NCBI GenBank assembly: GCA_964016885.1
Contig: CAXHJY010001229.1
Location: 88,346-152,345 of the forward strand
Reading direction: 5' to 3'
Origin: Eledone cirrhosa
Lineage: Eukaryota
DNA: 64,000 nt
Part shown: in pieces, positions 40,908-55,271 of the stretch
Position numbering within the stretch: position 1 is the first letter of the stretch
Layout: every line of letters starts with the position of its first letter
Translations under genes and position numbers: made by a program
Notes under the pieces: generated by a model
The model's input: only the letters and a program-made list of their open reading frames with translations
The model's database searches: none
What the model was told of the DNA's origin: nothing

Positions 40908-41295
40908 TCTCATCATCATAATCATTGTTTTTACATCCGTTTTTCCATGCTTGCATCGGTTGGATGGTTTCTTTTCAGCATCTCTCCACTTGTTGCATTC
41001 CTTCGTCATCTCCTCTGCCAGTCTTAGTGATTTGAGGTCAGCTCTCACAACCTTTGCTCAGGTTTTTCTTGGTTGTCCTCTACTGCAACTTCCTTCCACT
41101 GAAATTTCCTGGCATTTCTTCACTTATTGGTCAGTGACCATGTGCATCACACGTCCATACCAACAGTCTTCTCTCCTGCACACCACCTCAGATTCCTCTT
41201 AAACCCAGCTTCTCCAAGCTCAGCCTTTCTCTCACACTTACATTGCATATCCAACGAAGCATTGTTGCTTCAATTCTTTCCAGTCTACGCATGTT
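40908..41295 (-). mobile_element. RTE LINE 3' fragment with (CAT)n tail
   Basis: RADLKSLRLAEEMTK...PSNRCKHGKTDVK, homologous to 54655-55117. Confidence 0.8.
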
Positions 41296-41659
41296 CTATC
41301 ATTTAACGTCCGTTTACCTTGCTAGCAAAGTTGGAAAGGTGTTACAAACAAAGTCATTACTTAATTATAGCTACTAACCTCTCAGAAGGGCCAGGGGGCC
41401 ACATGTCGCTTACATATATTTTCGCACATTACAGACCACACTGGGTGTGTTTCATTGTGGCATGAGCACTAAGGAGGTTCTCATGTCTTTGATATAACTA
41501 GAGTTCTCTTCACCCTTTGTTTAGTAAGTTTTCTATATTTAGATGTGCTTCTTATCATTAGCCCCTTTACAAAGTGTAATGGGCACATTTTCTTGTGTCC
41601 ACAAGTCAAGGTAAGGTGTTTTTGTGGAAGACTAGCAGTCACACATGCAGTCCAGTCCC

Positions 41660-41884
41660 CCTTCACCTTACCACTGATGTTGTCCAAGGGCAAGGCAAAG
41701 TTTGATACAGCTTGGCACTAGTGACGTTGCAACTCATTTCTACAGCTAAGTGAACTGGAGCAATGTGAAATAAAGTGTCTTTCTGAAGTAGACGGTAGAC
41801 GACACATCGCCTGATCCAAGTGTCGAATTTATGGATTCACAATTGTGAACCCAATTCTCTAAGCACTAAGCCATGTGCCTCCAC
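41660..41884 (-). mobile_element. Family-B SINE, tail type 2 (partial)
   Basis: Reverse complement of the element at 32570. Confidence 0.75.
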
Positions 41885-42117
41885 ATACATATACTTAACT
41901 ATATAAATATGCCACTCTATAAAGTGGTAGTGCTAACATCACAACAGAATCCATCCACTACTTATTCCATAGTTGTTAGCATTAGGAAGAATTTTTAACA
42001 ATGTCGAACCAAAACATGTAAACACGAATTGTTCATCCAACCTGTCTAGTTTCAAAACATGACAACCCATCCTACACATGCCAGCATGGAAAACAGATAC
42101 ATTTCAATATACATACA

Positions 42118-42395
42118 TCATCATCATCATTTCATTTTACGTCCGCTTTTCCCTGATTGCAAGGGTGGGACGGGAACTGATTCTGGCTTGATTTCTACAG
42201 CTGGATGCTTTTTTGCCGTGGTACCTCCACGACCACTTTGCAGTGGAATGATATGGACCCCAGTCTCTATCATCTCATTTCTACAGCTGAGTAAACTGAA
42301 GCAATGTGAAATAGTGTCTTGCTCAAGGAAACAACACATCACCCGGTCTGAGAATTGACTCACAACCTTTTGATTGCAAGGCCAATGCTCTAACA
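42118..42395 (-). mobile_element. Family-B SINE, tail type 3 (RTE-derived)
   Basis: Reverse complement of 34797-35133 with an internal deletion and a (CAT)n tail. Confidence 0.85.
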
Positions 42396-42930
42396 ATATG
42401 TATTAGAAGTTGGGCCTCAACTCATTCTGATTATAGACACACTCTACTATCCCAAGTATCGAGTACTCTGTTGAATAATGGTCTAACTAATTTAATCTTG
42501 ATATATATACATATACACACACACATGCATATACATATATATATATCTACACATACATATAAAGGAAGGTATAAAACCAGCTGCAACACCTAGCGTCCTT
42601 TATACTCACTCTGCTCCTTCCCATGTATAGAGTATTACTCTGATTTGTAGTCTCCTTGGTCTCGGCACTGCAGACGTTCAATATATACATATATATATAC
42701 ACACACACACATACCTACTCATATATATATGAATGCACACTGACACACACTTTTATGATTTTAAGCTAAATACTTAAATGTGTGTGGTGTAAAATGTATT
42801 ACTCATTTGACTACAGATATTTATCCATAGATATATGCATGTTTATATACCAATATAAAGAAACTACACACACATAAATATTTATAAACATATTTATACA
42901 CACATACACCAAGGTATATATATATTCATT

Positions 42931-43121
42931 AACATCTTCATCTATATGCCCAACACGTCTCTCTCATATATTATATATAGTGTCTCCCAAAAAATGTATA
43001 CACACTTCAACGGCATTCTAATAAATATTGCCTGTACAGGTAATCAAAGTGTGCAATACACCCCGTATTTATACATATATTATATATAGAGACATATGTT
43101 GGGCATATAGATGAAGATGTT
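42931..43121. repeat. Perfect 25-bp inverted repeat enclosing a MITE-like remnant
   Basis: AACATCTTCATCTATATGCCCAACA (42931-42955) / TGTTGGGCATATAGATGAAGATGTT (43097-43121). Confidence 0.85.
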
Positions 43122-43285
43122 TATGTATATATGTACGAATATACATATATATATATATACATACACATATATTTTGTATTTGTCTCATAGGTTGAAACCC
43201 TCATTTACTTTTCCCCAAGAGTGAACCTAATAAGACTTGGTGTTTTTGCATTTCTGTTTTAGTCTTGTTTATTCTTGAACTATTC

Positions 43286-43319
<34 letters not shown>

Positions 43320-43368
43320 ATGTATGTGTGTATATATATATAAAAGAAGAAATTAAAAATGTTCCATA

Positions 43369-43435
43369 TATTTTATTATGCGCATTTCAAAAACATCATC
43401 CTGGGACAAAAATTGTGTTTTCATCAGATAAAATA
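43369..43435 (-). ncRNA. Type I hammerhead ribozyme motif with palindromic stem III
   Basis: Minus strand TATTTTAT-CTGATGA-AAACACAATTTTTGTCCCAGGATGATGTTTTT-GAAA-TGCGCA-TA-ATAAAATA. Confidence 0.8.
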
Positions 43436-43520
43436 AGGTAACATATGAGGCCTAAAAACACCTGTGAACAAGAAAGTGTCCATTCAACCAAGTGTTTTTA
43501 CGCCTCGTATCATGTTACCT

Positions 43521-43590
43521 TATTTTATCTGATGAGAACACAATTTTTGTCCCAGGATGATGTTGTTTTCGAAATGCGCATAATAAAATA
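43521..43590 (+). ncRNA. Type I hammerhead ribozyme motif with palindromic stem III
   Basis: TATTTTAT-CTGATGA-GAACACAAT...GTTGTTTTC-GAAA-TGCGCA-TA-ATAAAATA: perfect 8-bp stem I, G-C-closed stem II, AUGCGCAU stem III, predicted cut after AUA at 43582. Confidence 0.85.
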
Positions 43591-44521
43591 TATGGAACTT
43601 TTTAACCATCTTTTAATTGCTTCTTTTATATATATTCCAGTTCTACCAACTGTTGAGTGCTAGTTATCTGCTTTATGCATAGTTTTATTGTTCTACAATA
43701 TTACTCACCTCCTACACATATATATATACATATACATACATGTACGTGTCGTATGTGTTTTGAAGAAATCATTTATTGTATACTTACAGATAATATAAAT
43801 GTTATATAGATGGAAGTAGGTCTTGGGTATTAGATAATCTCAATATTCTATTTTGTTCATAATATTCCGGAAGTTACGGGAGAAGACTAGACACGAACCA
43901 ATATATTTCATCAGATGACAAATTCCCGGATATTGTCGAATCGTTCAATTCTTGTCTTTGATTATTTTTTTTTTGATTATTTTCTGTTTTATTTTATTTT
44001 ATGTTGCTTTGTTGATGCTTTTGGTTTCAAGTATCAAAACATTTATAGATTTTACTTTTTAATTTGTCTGTAAATAAACAATAAATTATATATTAAAATA
44101 AAAAAAATAACAATGAATATGTATAGAAAATAAACATGATTGATGAACTGAAATTTGTTTTCATTCTCATTCATATATGTGTGCGTGTGTGTAATCCTTT
44201 CTCTGTATATATATATAATGGGGTTGTCCCATATGGCTGCAATCCGAAGAGTTATTTTAACCATATAAGAATACAAAAAAATATTATATTCACATCTAGT
44301 ATATTTCGTATAGTCCTATCTATTATGAAGTGTCAAAATATTTCGTCGCACATCTAGTCACTTTGAACTGTGTAAGTAGCTAGATCGCAAGAGTTCGACG
44401 AATCGCGTCAACACATCATAATAGACAGGACTGTTATAAAATAGACAAAAAGCGAACGTAACAGTTGTTTTTGTAGTCTAATGACTAAAAATAACTCTTC
44501 GACACACGCATACATATACCA

Positions 44522-44560
<39 letters not shown>

Positions 44561-44954
44561 TACATATATACATACATATATACATACACACATATATATA
44601 TACACACACACACACACATATAAATATATATCATATACCATGCGATAGTAAAAAAAAATTCTTCAAAGAGAAAGAAAATGTTTTCATTAGAACAACATAA
44701 TTATTTTAGAAACAATGATTTATAAGATAAGATAAAAGGCCATGAATTTTGTGAGTGGCTGTAGTTGATGATATCCATGCAGTACTTGTCTAGTAGCGAA
44801 CTTTATATCATTTCATCGACGATGGAATGTTGAAAGGCAAACTCAATCGAATTGGGCGGGATTTGAACTTATAACGTAAAGGGACATAACTAAAATATTA
44901 CTATAGATTGTGTTTGTATCTCAAATGGAAAATAATATATAAAAATAATAACTA

Positions 44955-45740
44955 ATGATTTCCTATATTGGCCCTAAGGGCCAAAGTCGTTAGGAACACT
45001 ACAAGGACGAAAGGCCGTACTAAGTAGGGTTTACATCGAGTAAAGGGAAGGGGACATCAACAAAAGAGAAACTGTAGATATAACATTAACAATAACTGTA
45101 ATAGATGGTAATGATAACAAATAAAACATTAACAAATGTCAACTAGAAACAGTTCCTCAATAGAGTGGGATGACCTTTTAGGATAATTCCAGGTCTTTCC
45201 ACCTAATACTCTGGCGCATCAAGAGCACTGAAAATGCCTTCTCTTGGTTTCTTTTCTCTTACTTAGAAAAGGCAAAATCAGAACAGACCCTTTCCGCCTC
45301 AGCCATCTTTCATAAGACATTAAACAATACCTCCTTCTCTATCTTCACTTCCCTTTTCATGTGGTCCTTGACGAAGTTGGTGAGGAAGATTCCTGTCTCC
45401 AAATCTTTTAGAAGTGTCCACCATACAACTTCTTTCACCATAGCTATCAAACAGTGACAGGCTTGCCGCGTATACTTTCTAATGGAAGGCGGCAGTTCGA
45501 TTTCCTCTATAGCTTCGACTGACAGTCCGATATGCTCTACAAATCTGCAATGCACGATTTTTGTCGCCTTCAGTAAATCTCAAACAGGTTTGATTGTTAG
45601 CCTTTCGTGCCTGCCTGTAGTGCTTGCCTCGAACTGGTATTGTTCTTTGGTAGCACTGCGATGGCAAGGATTTTTGGAAATTGTCCATAAGCCCAGACGA
45701 TTATGGACACTTTCCTCGCCGATGTCCTGAGCTTATACTT
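44955..45740 (-). mobile_element. Tx1/L1-like LINE, 3' fragment
   Basis: Minus ORFs 45479-45688 and 45310-45555 (IPVRGKHYR..., LIAMVKEVVWW...MKREVKIEK) resemble the C-terminus of Tx1/L1 ORF2; followed by a non-coding 3' region. Confidence 0.55.
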
Positions 45741-45892
45741 TCCATTAACCCTCTGTAAAAATAATATGCGTTGTTTTCTGGCTACCTATTATGGCAGGTC
45801 AAGTTCTGTGAACGCCTAGCAGTATTCTAGATGTCGAGCATCGTATGAAATTTACGGGTTACATATCTTATCAATTAAAAAAAAAAATAAAT

Positions 45893-45965
45893 ATCTTCTC
45901 CGGTTAGACTCGAACTTGCTATCTTCTTATTCAAAGCCAGACGCTCTATCAATTAGGCCACACTA
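45893..45965 (-). pseudogene. tRNA(Arg)-like pseudogene or orphan SINE head
   Basis: Minus strand GTGGCCTAATTGATAGAGCGTCTGGCTTTGAATAAGAAGATAGCAAGTTCGAGTC: A and B boxes present, stems broken. Confidence 0.55.
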
Positions 45966-46379
45966 TTTTATATTTTAGTTACAATGCCAGTAAAAAATAA
46001 ATCGATTAAATCAACCCAAATATTTAACTGGTACATTATTTTACTGACCCCGGAAGGATGAAAGGTAAAGTTGACATCGACACAAATTGACCCTATTTAG
46101 GCTCAAGGCCAGAAATTTGAGATGAGAGGAAAACCGCCAAGTAGTTGACTGGTACTTTATTATTGACACAAGTATGACAGATTATTACAAAAGGTGTGAC
46201 AAGGGGGTTTCCATTGAAACCCCCCCCCCCCCCCAAAAAAAAAATAGAGGATAAATAACAACAAGAATTGTAATACTGGTGATATTCAATAAAATATTAC
46301 AACAAAAAGAAAACATAACGTTTTGAAAGCAATGATGGTGGTAGTGTTTGTGGTGGTGGTGGTGGTGACAGAGTCTGTG

Positions 46380-46577
46380 GTGATGGTGGCGGCGGTCAAG
46401 ACGGAGTAAAAGGTAAAGCGGAAGTTCTGAAAAGCGCATGTGCAGTGGTGGCGTCGAAAGTTATGATTAGCTTCTAGCAGACAAGTGCGAGAAAGTTTTA
46501 TAAAGTAAAGGAGGTGAAACATCAGGTGAAGTTGTTAGTTTCGTTTTCACGATAACAACATTCCACCATCTACATCA
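46380..46577 (+). promoter_or_regulatory. Probable UBE2K promoter/5' UTR
   Basis: Local CpG enrichment; ETS-like GCGGAAGT (~46418) and NRF1-like GCGCATGTGC (~46434) just upstream of the ATG. Confidence 0.5.
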
Positions 46578-46643
46578 ATGTCTACAACAATAGCTGAACA
46601 GCGAATAAGGCGAGAATTCCGGGAAGTTATCAGCAGCGAAGAG
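46578..46643 (+). CDS. UBE2K: Ubiquitin-conjugating enzyme E2 K (E2-25K/HIP2), first coding exon
   Basis: ATG...GAAGAG|GTAAAA translates to MSTTIAEQRIRREFREVISSEE, matching the human UBE2K N-terminus MANIAVQRIKREFKEVLKSEE (from memory), with a phase-0 GT donor directly after SEE; no downstream exon seen in the window. Confidence 0.88.
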
Positions 46644-46985
46644 GTAAAAAAAATGTTTGTTATGTTGTTTAAAATAATAAGGATGTCGAACGAGATATGA
46701 GACAAGCCATTACCAACCAATACCCCGCCACTCTTTCACACTCACAATACACACACAATAATACACTCGTGGCTTTTACAACAATAACCTTTTATTTTTC
46801 GCGGTCATTTTATTTTGTTTAGTTGTTGTTTTATGTTTAAATTTTGTATATTGATATTTACATTAATACGCAATACACAATCTATCTCTATTTGGTATAT
46901 AGTATAGATATGCTATGATGTGTGTATGTATATATATATATGCTATGATATATATCGTATGGTATATATATGTATCGTATATGTA

Positions 46986-47016
<31 letters not shown>

Positions 47017-47040
47017 CGTTTGATGTATTATTTATATATG

Positions 47041-47625
47041 CGCGTAGATGTATGATTATATATATGGGTGTAGATGTATGATTATATATATGGGTGTAGA
47101 TGTATGATTATATATATGGGTGTAGATGTATGATATATATATAGATATGCGTGTAGATGTATGATTATATATATGGGTGTAGATGTATGATATATATATA
47201 GATATGCGTGTAGATGTATGATTATATATATGGGTGTAGATGTATGATATATATATATGGGTGTAGATGTATGATATATATATATATATATGGGTGTAGC
47301 TGTATGATATATATATGCGTGTAGATGTATGACATATATATATGGCTGTAGATGTATGATATATATATGCGTGTAGATGTATGACATATATATATGCGTG
47401 TAGATGTATGACATATATATATGCGTGTAGATGTATGACATATATATATATATATGGGTGTAGATGTATGATATATATATGCGTGTAGATGTATGACATA
47501 TATATATGCGTGTAGATGTATGACATATATATATGCGTGTAGATGTATGACATATATATATGCGTGTAGATGTATGACATATGCGTGTAGATGTATGATA
47601 TATATAGGGGTAGATGTATGACATG
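47041..47625. repeat. Minisatellite GTGTAGATGTATGA(Y)(AT)nG(C/G)
   Basis: About 22 units of variable length. Confidence 0.95.
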
Positions 47626-50600
47626 TATATCGTATGATATATAATGTGTGTGTATATATTTAGTATGATATATTTATATATATATATATTGTATGATATA
47701 TTTATATATATATATATAGTATGATATATTTATATATATATATATAGTATGATATATTTATATATATATATATTGTATGATATATTTATATATATATATA
47801 TAGTATGATATATTTATATATATATATATAGTATGATATATTTATATATATATATATAGTATGATATATTTATATATATATATAGTATGATATATTTATA
47901 TATATAGTATGATATATGTATATATATATATAGTATGATATATGTATATATATATATAGTATGATATATGTATATATATATATAGTATGATATATGTATA
48001 TATATATATAGTATGATATATGTATGTATATATATAGTATGATATATGTATATATATATATATATAGTATGATATATGTATATATATATATATAGTATGA
48101 TATATGTATATATATATATATAGTATGATATATGTATATATATATATATAGTATGATATATGTATATATATATAGTATGATATATGTATATATATATATA
48201 TAGTATGATATATGTATATATATATATATAGTATGATATATGTATATATATATATATAGTATGATATATGTATATATATATATATAGTATGATATATGTA
48301 TATATATATATATATATAGTATGATATATGTATATATATATATATATAGTATGATATATGTATATATATATATATATAGTATGATATATGTATATATATA
48401 TATATAGTATGATATATGTATATATATATATATAGTATGATATATGTATATATATATATATAGTATGATATATGTATATATATATATATAGTATGATATA
48501 TGTATATATATATATATAGTATGATATATGTATATATATATATATAGTATGATATATGTATATATATATATATAGTATGATATGTATATATATATATAGT
48601 ATGATATATGTATATATATATAGTATGATATGTATATATATAGTATGATATATGTATATATATATAGTATGATATATGTATATATATATATATATAGTAT
48701 GATATATGTATATGTATATATATATATATAGTATGATATATGTATATATATATAGTATGATATATGTATATATATATATATATAGTATGATATATGTATA
48801 TATATATATATATAGTATGATATATGTATATATATATATATATAGTATGATATATGTATATATATATATATATAGTATGATATATGTATATATATATATA
48901 TATAGTATGATATATGTATATATATATATATATAGTATGATATATGTATATATATATATAGTATGATATATGTATATATATATATATATATAGTATGATA
49001 TATGTATATATATATATATATGGTATGATATATGTATATATATATATATATGGTATGATATATGTATATATATATATATATAGTATGATATATGTATATA
49101 TATATATATATAGTATGATATATGTATATATATATATATATAGTATGATATATGTATATATATATATATATATAGTATGATATATGTATATATATATATA
49201 TATAGTATGATATATGTATATATATATATATATATAGTATGATATATGTATATATATATATATAGTATGATATATGTATATATATATATATAGTATGATA
49301 TATGTATATATATATATATATAGTATATATGTATATATATATATATAGTATGATATATGTATATATATATATATAGTATGATATATGTATATATATATAT
49401 ATAGTATGATATATGTATATATATATATAGTATGATATATGTATATATATATATATATAGTATGATATATGTATATATATATATATATAGTATGATATAT
49501 GTATATATATATATATATAGTATGATATATGTATATATATATATATATAGTATGATATATGTATATATATATATAGTATGATATATGTATATATATATAT
49601 AGTATGATATATGTATATATATATATATATAGTATGATATATGTATATATATATATATATAGTATGATATATGTATATATATATATATATAGTATGATAT
49701 ATGTATATATATATATATATAGTATGATATATGTATATATATATATATATAGTATGATATATGTATATATATATATATATAGTATGATATATGTATATAT
49801 ATATATATATAGTATGATATATGTATATATATATATATATAGTATGATATATGTATATATATATATATATAGTATGATATATGTATATATATATATATAT
49901 AGTATGATATATGTATATATATATATATATAGTATGATATATGTATATATATATATATATAGTATGATATATGTATATATATATATATATATAGTATGAT
50001 ATATGTATATATATATATATATAGTATGATATATGTATATATATATATATATAGTATGATATATGTATATGTATATATATAGTATGATATATGTATATGT
50101 ATATATATAGTATGATATATGTATATGTATATATATATATAGTATGATATATGTATATATATATATATATATAGTATGATATATGTATATATATATATAT
50201 ATATAGTATGATATATGTATATATATATATATATATAGTATGATATATGGATATATATATATATAGTATGATATATGGATATATATATATATAGTATGAT
50301 ATATGGATATATATATATAGTATGATATATGGATATATATATATAGTATGATATATGGATATATGGATATATATATATATAGTATGATATATGGATATAT
50401 GGATATATATATATATATAGTATGATATATGGATATATATATATATATAGTATGATATATGGATATATGGATATATATATATATAGTATGATATATGGAT
50501 ATATGGATTATATATATAGTATGATATATGTATATATATATATAGTATGATATATGTATATATATAGTATGATATATGTATATATATATATATAGTATGA

Positions 50601-51401
50601 TATATGTATATATATATATATAGTATGATATATGTATATATATATATATAGTATGATATATGTATATATATATATATAGTATGATATATGTATATATATA
50701 TATATATAGTATGATATATGTATATATATATAGTATGATATATGTATATATATATAGTATGATATATGTATATATATATAGTATGATATATGTATATATA
50801 TATAGTATGATATATGTATATATATATAGTATGATATATGTGTATATATATATAGTATGATATATGTGTATATATATATAGTATGATATATGTGTATATG
50901 TATATAGTATGATATATGTGTATATATATATATATATAGTATGATATATATGTATATATATATATATAGTATGATATATATGTATATATATATATATATA
51001 GTATGATATATGTATATATATATATATAGTATGATATATGTATATATATATAGTATGATATATGTATATATATATATATAGTATGATATATATATATATA
51101 TAGTATGATATATGTATATATATATAGTATGATATATGTATATATATATAGTATGATATATGTATATATATAGTATGATATATGTATATATATATATATA
51201 TAGTATGATATATGTATATATATATATATATAGTATGATATATGTATATATATATATATATAGTATGATATATGTATATATATATATATATAGTATGATA
51301 TATGTATATATATATATATATAGTATGATATATGTATATATATATATATAGTATGATATATGTATATATATATATATATATAGTATGATATATGTATATA
51401 T

Positions 51402-51569
51402 TGTAAATGTGGTTGGTGTTAGGAAGGGCATCCAGCTGTAGAAAACCCGCCAGACAGTCCTATGCGAGCAAGACAACCACTCTTGCCTCAAGTGGGAAAA
51501 CCCCCGTCCAAACCCATGCAAGCGTGGAACATGGACGCTAAACCTGATGATGATGATGATGATGATGAT
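51402..51569 (+). mobile_element. RTE 3'-UTR fragment with (GAT)n tail
   Basis: Matches the 3' end of the element at 62306-63395(-). Confidence 0.9.
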
Positions 51570-52130
51570 ATAGTATGATATATGGATATATGGATATATA
51601 TATATATAGTATGATATATGGATATATATATATATAGTATGATATATGGATATATATATATATAGTATGATATATGGATATATGTATATATATATATAGT
51701 ATGATATATGTATATATATATATATATATATATGATATATGTATATATATATATAGTATGATATATGTATATATATATATAGTATGATATATGTATATAT
51801 ATATATAGTATGATATATGTATATATATATATAGTATGATATATGTATATATATATATAGTATGATATATGTATATATATATATAGTATGATATATGTAT
51901 ATATATATATAGTATGATATATGTATATATATATATAGTATGATATATGTATATATATATATATAGTATGATATATGTATATATATATATATAGTATGAT
52001 ATATGTATATATATATATATAGTATGATATATGTATATATATATATATAGTATGATATATGTATATATATATATATAGTATGATATATGTATATATATAT
52101 ATATAGTATGATATATGTATATATATATAT

Positions 52131-52236
52131 ACAGTCCTATGCGAGCAAGACAATCACTCTTGCCTCAAGTGGGACTACCCCCGTCCAAACCCATGCAAGC
52201 GTGGAACACGGACGTTAAACGTTGATGATGATGATA
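52131..52236 (+). mobile_element. RTE 3'-UTR fragment with (GAT)n tail
   Basis: Reverse complement of ~62310-62413. Confidence 0.9.
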
Positions 52237-53508
52237 GTATGATATATGTATATATATATAGTATGATATATGTGTATATATGTATATATATATATAGTAT
52301 GATATATATATGTATATATATATATAGTATGATATATATATGTATATATATATATAGTATGATATATATATGTATATATATATATAGTATGATATATGTA
52401 TATATATATATAGTATGATATATGTATATATATATATAGTATGATATATGTATATATATATATAGTATGATATATGTATATATATATATAGTATGATATA
52501 TGTATATATATATAGTATGATATATGTATATATATAGTATGATATATGTATATATATATATAGTATGATATATGTATGTATATATATATATAGTATGATA
52601 TATGTATGTATATATATATATAGTATGATATATGTATGTATATATATATATAGTATGATATATGTATGTATATATATATATAGTATGATATATGTATGTA
52701 TATATATATATAGTATGATATATGTATATATATATATATATAGTATGATATATGTATGTATATATATATATAGTATGATATATGTATGTATATATATATA
52801 TAGTATGATATATGTATGTATATATATATATAGTATGATATATGTATGTATATATATATATAGTATGATATATGTATGTATATATATATATAGTATGATG
52901 TATGTATGTATATATATATAGTATGATGTATGTATGTATATATATATATATATAGTATGATGTATGTATGTATATATATATATATATAGTATGATGTATG
53001 TATGTATATATATATATATAGTATGATGTATGTATGTATATATATATATATAGTATGATGTATGTATGTATATATATATATATATAGTATGATGTATGTA
53101 TGTATATATATATATATATATAGTATGATGTATGTATGTATATATATATATATATATAGTATGTTATATGTATATATATATATACAGTATGATATATGTA
53201 TGTATATATATATATATAGTATGATATATGTATATATATATATATATATAGTATGATATATGTATGTATATATATATATATATATATAGTATGATATATG
53301 TATGTATATATATATATATATAGTATGATATATGTATGTATATATATATATATATATATAGTATGATATATGTATGTATATATATATATATATATATAGT
53401 ATGATATATGTATGTATATATATATATATATATATATAGTATGATATATGTATATATATATGTATATAGTATGATGTATATATAGTATGATATATATATA
53501 TATGTATG

Positions 53509-53705
<197 letters not shown>

Positions 53706-53866
53706 GTTGTATATATATATATGTTTGTATATATATATGTTTGTATATATATATATATATGTTTGTATATATATATATATATGTTTGTATATATATATAT
53801 ATATATATGTTTGTATATATATATATATATGTTTGTATATATATATATATAAATATATATATATAT

Positions 53867-54226
53867 ACACAGTCCACGCTGTAATGTGGCCGTGGTCCAC
53901 GCTGTAATGTGGCCGTGTAGGCAACACGGTAAAAACCTCCCAGCCCCACACTGTAAATGTGGTTGGTGTTAGGAAGGGCATCCAACTGTAGAAAACCCGC
54001 CAGACAGTCCACACTGTAATGTGGCCGTGTAGCCAACACGGTAAAAACCTCCCAGGCCCCACACTGTAAATGTGGTTGGTGTTAGGAAGGGCATCCAGCT
54101 GTAGAAAACCCGCCAGACAGTCCTATGCGAGCAAGACAACTACTCTTGCCTCAAGTGGGAAAACCCCCGTCCAAACCCATGCAAGCGTGGAACACGGACG
54201 CTAAACCTGATGATGATGATGATGAT
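53867..54226 (+). mobile_element. RTE 3'-UTR fragment with internal duplications and (GAT)n tail
   Basis: Same family as 62306-63395; a ~115-bp block is duplicated. Confidence 0.9.
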
Positions 54227-54313
54227 AGTATGATATATGTATATATATATATAGTATGATATATCTATCTATATATATATATAGTATGATATATGTATAT
54301 ATATATAGTATGA

Positions 54314-54347
<34 letters not shown>

Positions 54348-54654
54348 GTATGATATATGTATATATATATATATATATAGTATGATATATGTATATATAT
54401 ATATATAGTATGATATATGTGTATATATATATATATATATAGTATGATATATGTGTATATATATATATATATATAGTATGATATATGTATATATATATAT
54501 ATAGTATGATATATGTATATATATATATATATAGTATGATATATGTATATATATATATATATATATAGTATGATATATGTATATATAGTATGATATATGT
54601 ATATATATATATATATATATATAGTATGATATATGTATATATATATATATAGTA

Positions 54655-55117
54655 TGAGGAGCGCGATGCTGCATGGTAGTGAGACATGGGCAGCTACCGC
54701 AGAAGATATGCGACGGCTGGAAAGAAATGAGGCAAGCATGCTCCGTTGGATGTGCAGTGTAAATGTGCGTGAACGACCCAGCATAAATGTGTTGAGAGAG
54801 AAACTGTGTCTGAGAGGGATAGAATGTAGTGTACGGGAGAGGAGACTGAGGTGGTATGGACATGTGATGCGCATGGAGGATGACCGATGGGTGAAGAAGT
54901 GCCAGGAAATGCCAGTTGAAGGAAGACGTAGTAGAGGTAGACCACGAAAAACATGGGCGGAGGTGGTGAGAACAGACCTCAGATCATTGAAGCTCACGGT
55001 GGAGATGACGAGGGACCGTGACGAGTGGAGAGATGCTGTGCTGAATAAGACCCGTCCCACCCTTGCAAGCAGGGAAAAGCGGACGTAAAATGATGATGAT
55101 GATGATGATGATGATGA
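54655..55117 (+). mobile_element. Young 5'-truncated RTE LINE (open C-terminal ORF) with (GAT)n tail
   Basis: [11 protein letters not shown]...MLRWMC...[12 protein letters not shown]...RGRPRKTW; ORF uninterrupted to 55088. Confidence 0.93.
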
Positions 55118-55271
55118 TATATGTATATATATATATATATATAGTATGATATATGTATGTATATATATATATATATATAGTATGATATATGTATGTATAT
55201 ATATATAGTATGATATATGTATATATATAGTATGATATATGTATATATATAGTATGATATATGTATATATA

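Larger units (their letters stand above)
43335..43635. mobile_element. ~300-bp palindromic element (~130-bp arms) with a hammerhead in each arm; probably Penelope-derived
   Basis: ~43335-43461 is the reverse complement of ~43491-43635 with small indels; flanked by (TA)n. Confidence 0.8.

Noticed and set aside
43890-43950. Hammerhead-like CAGATGA...GAAT and minus-strand CTGATGA
   Set aside because: Core boxes mismatched and no stem I
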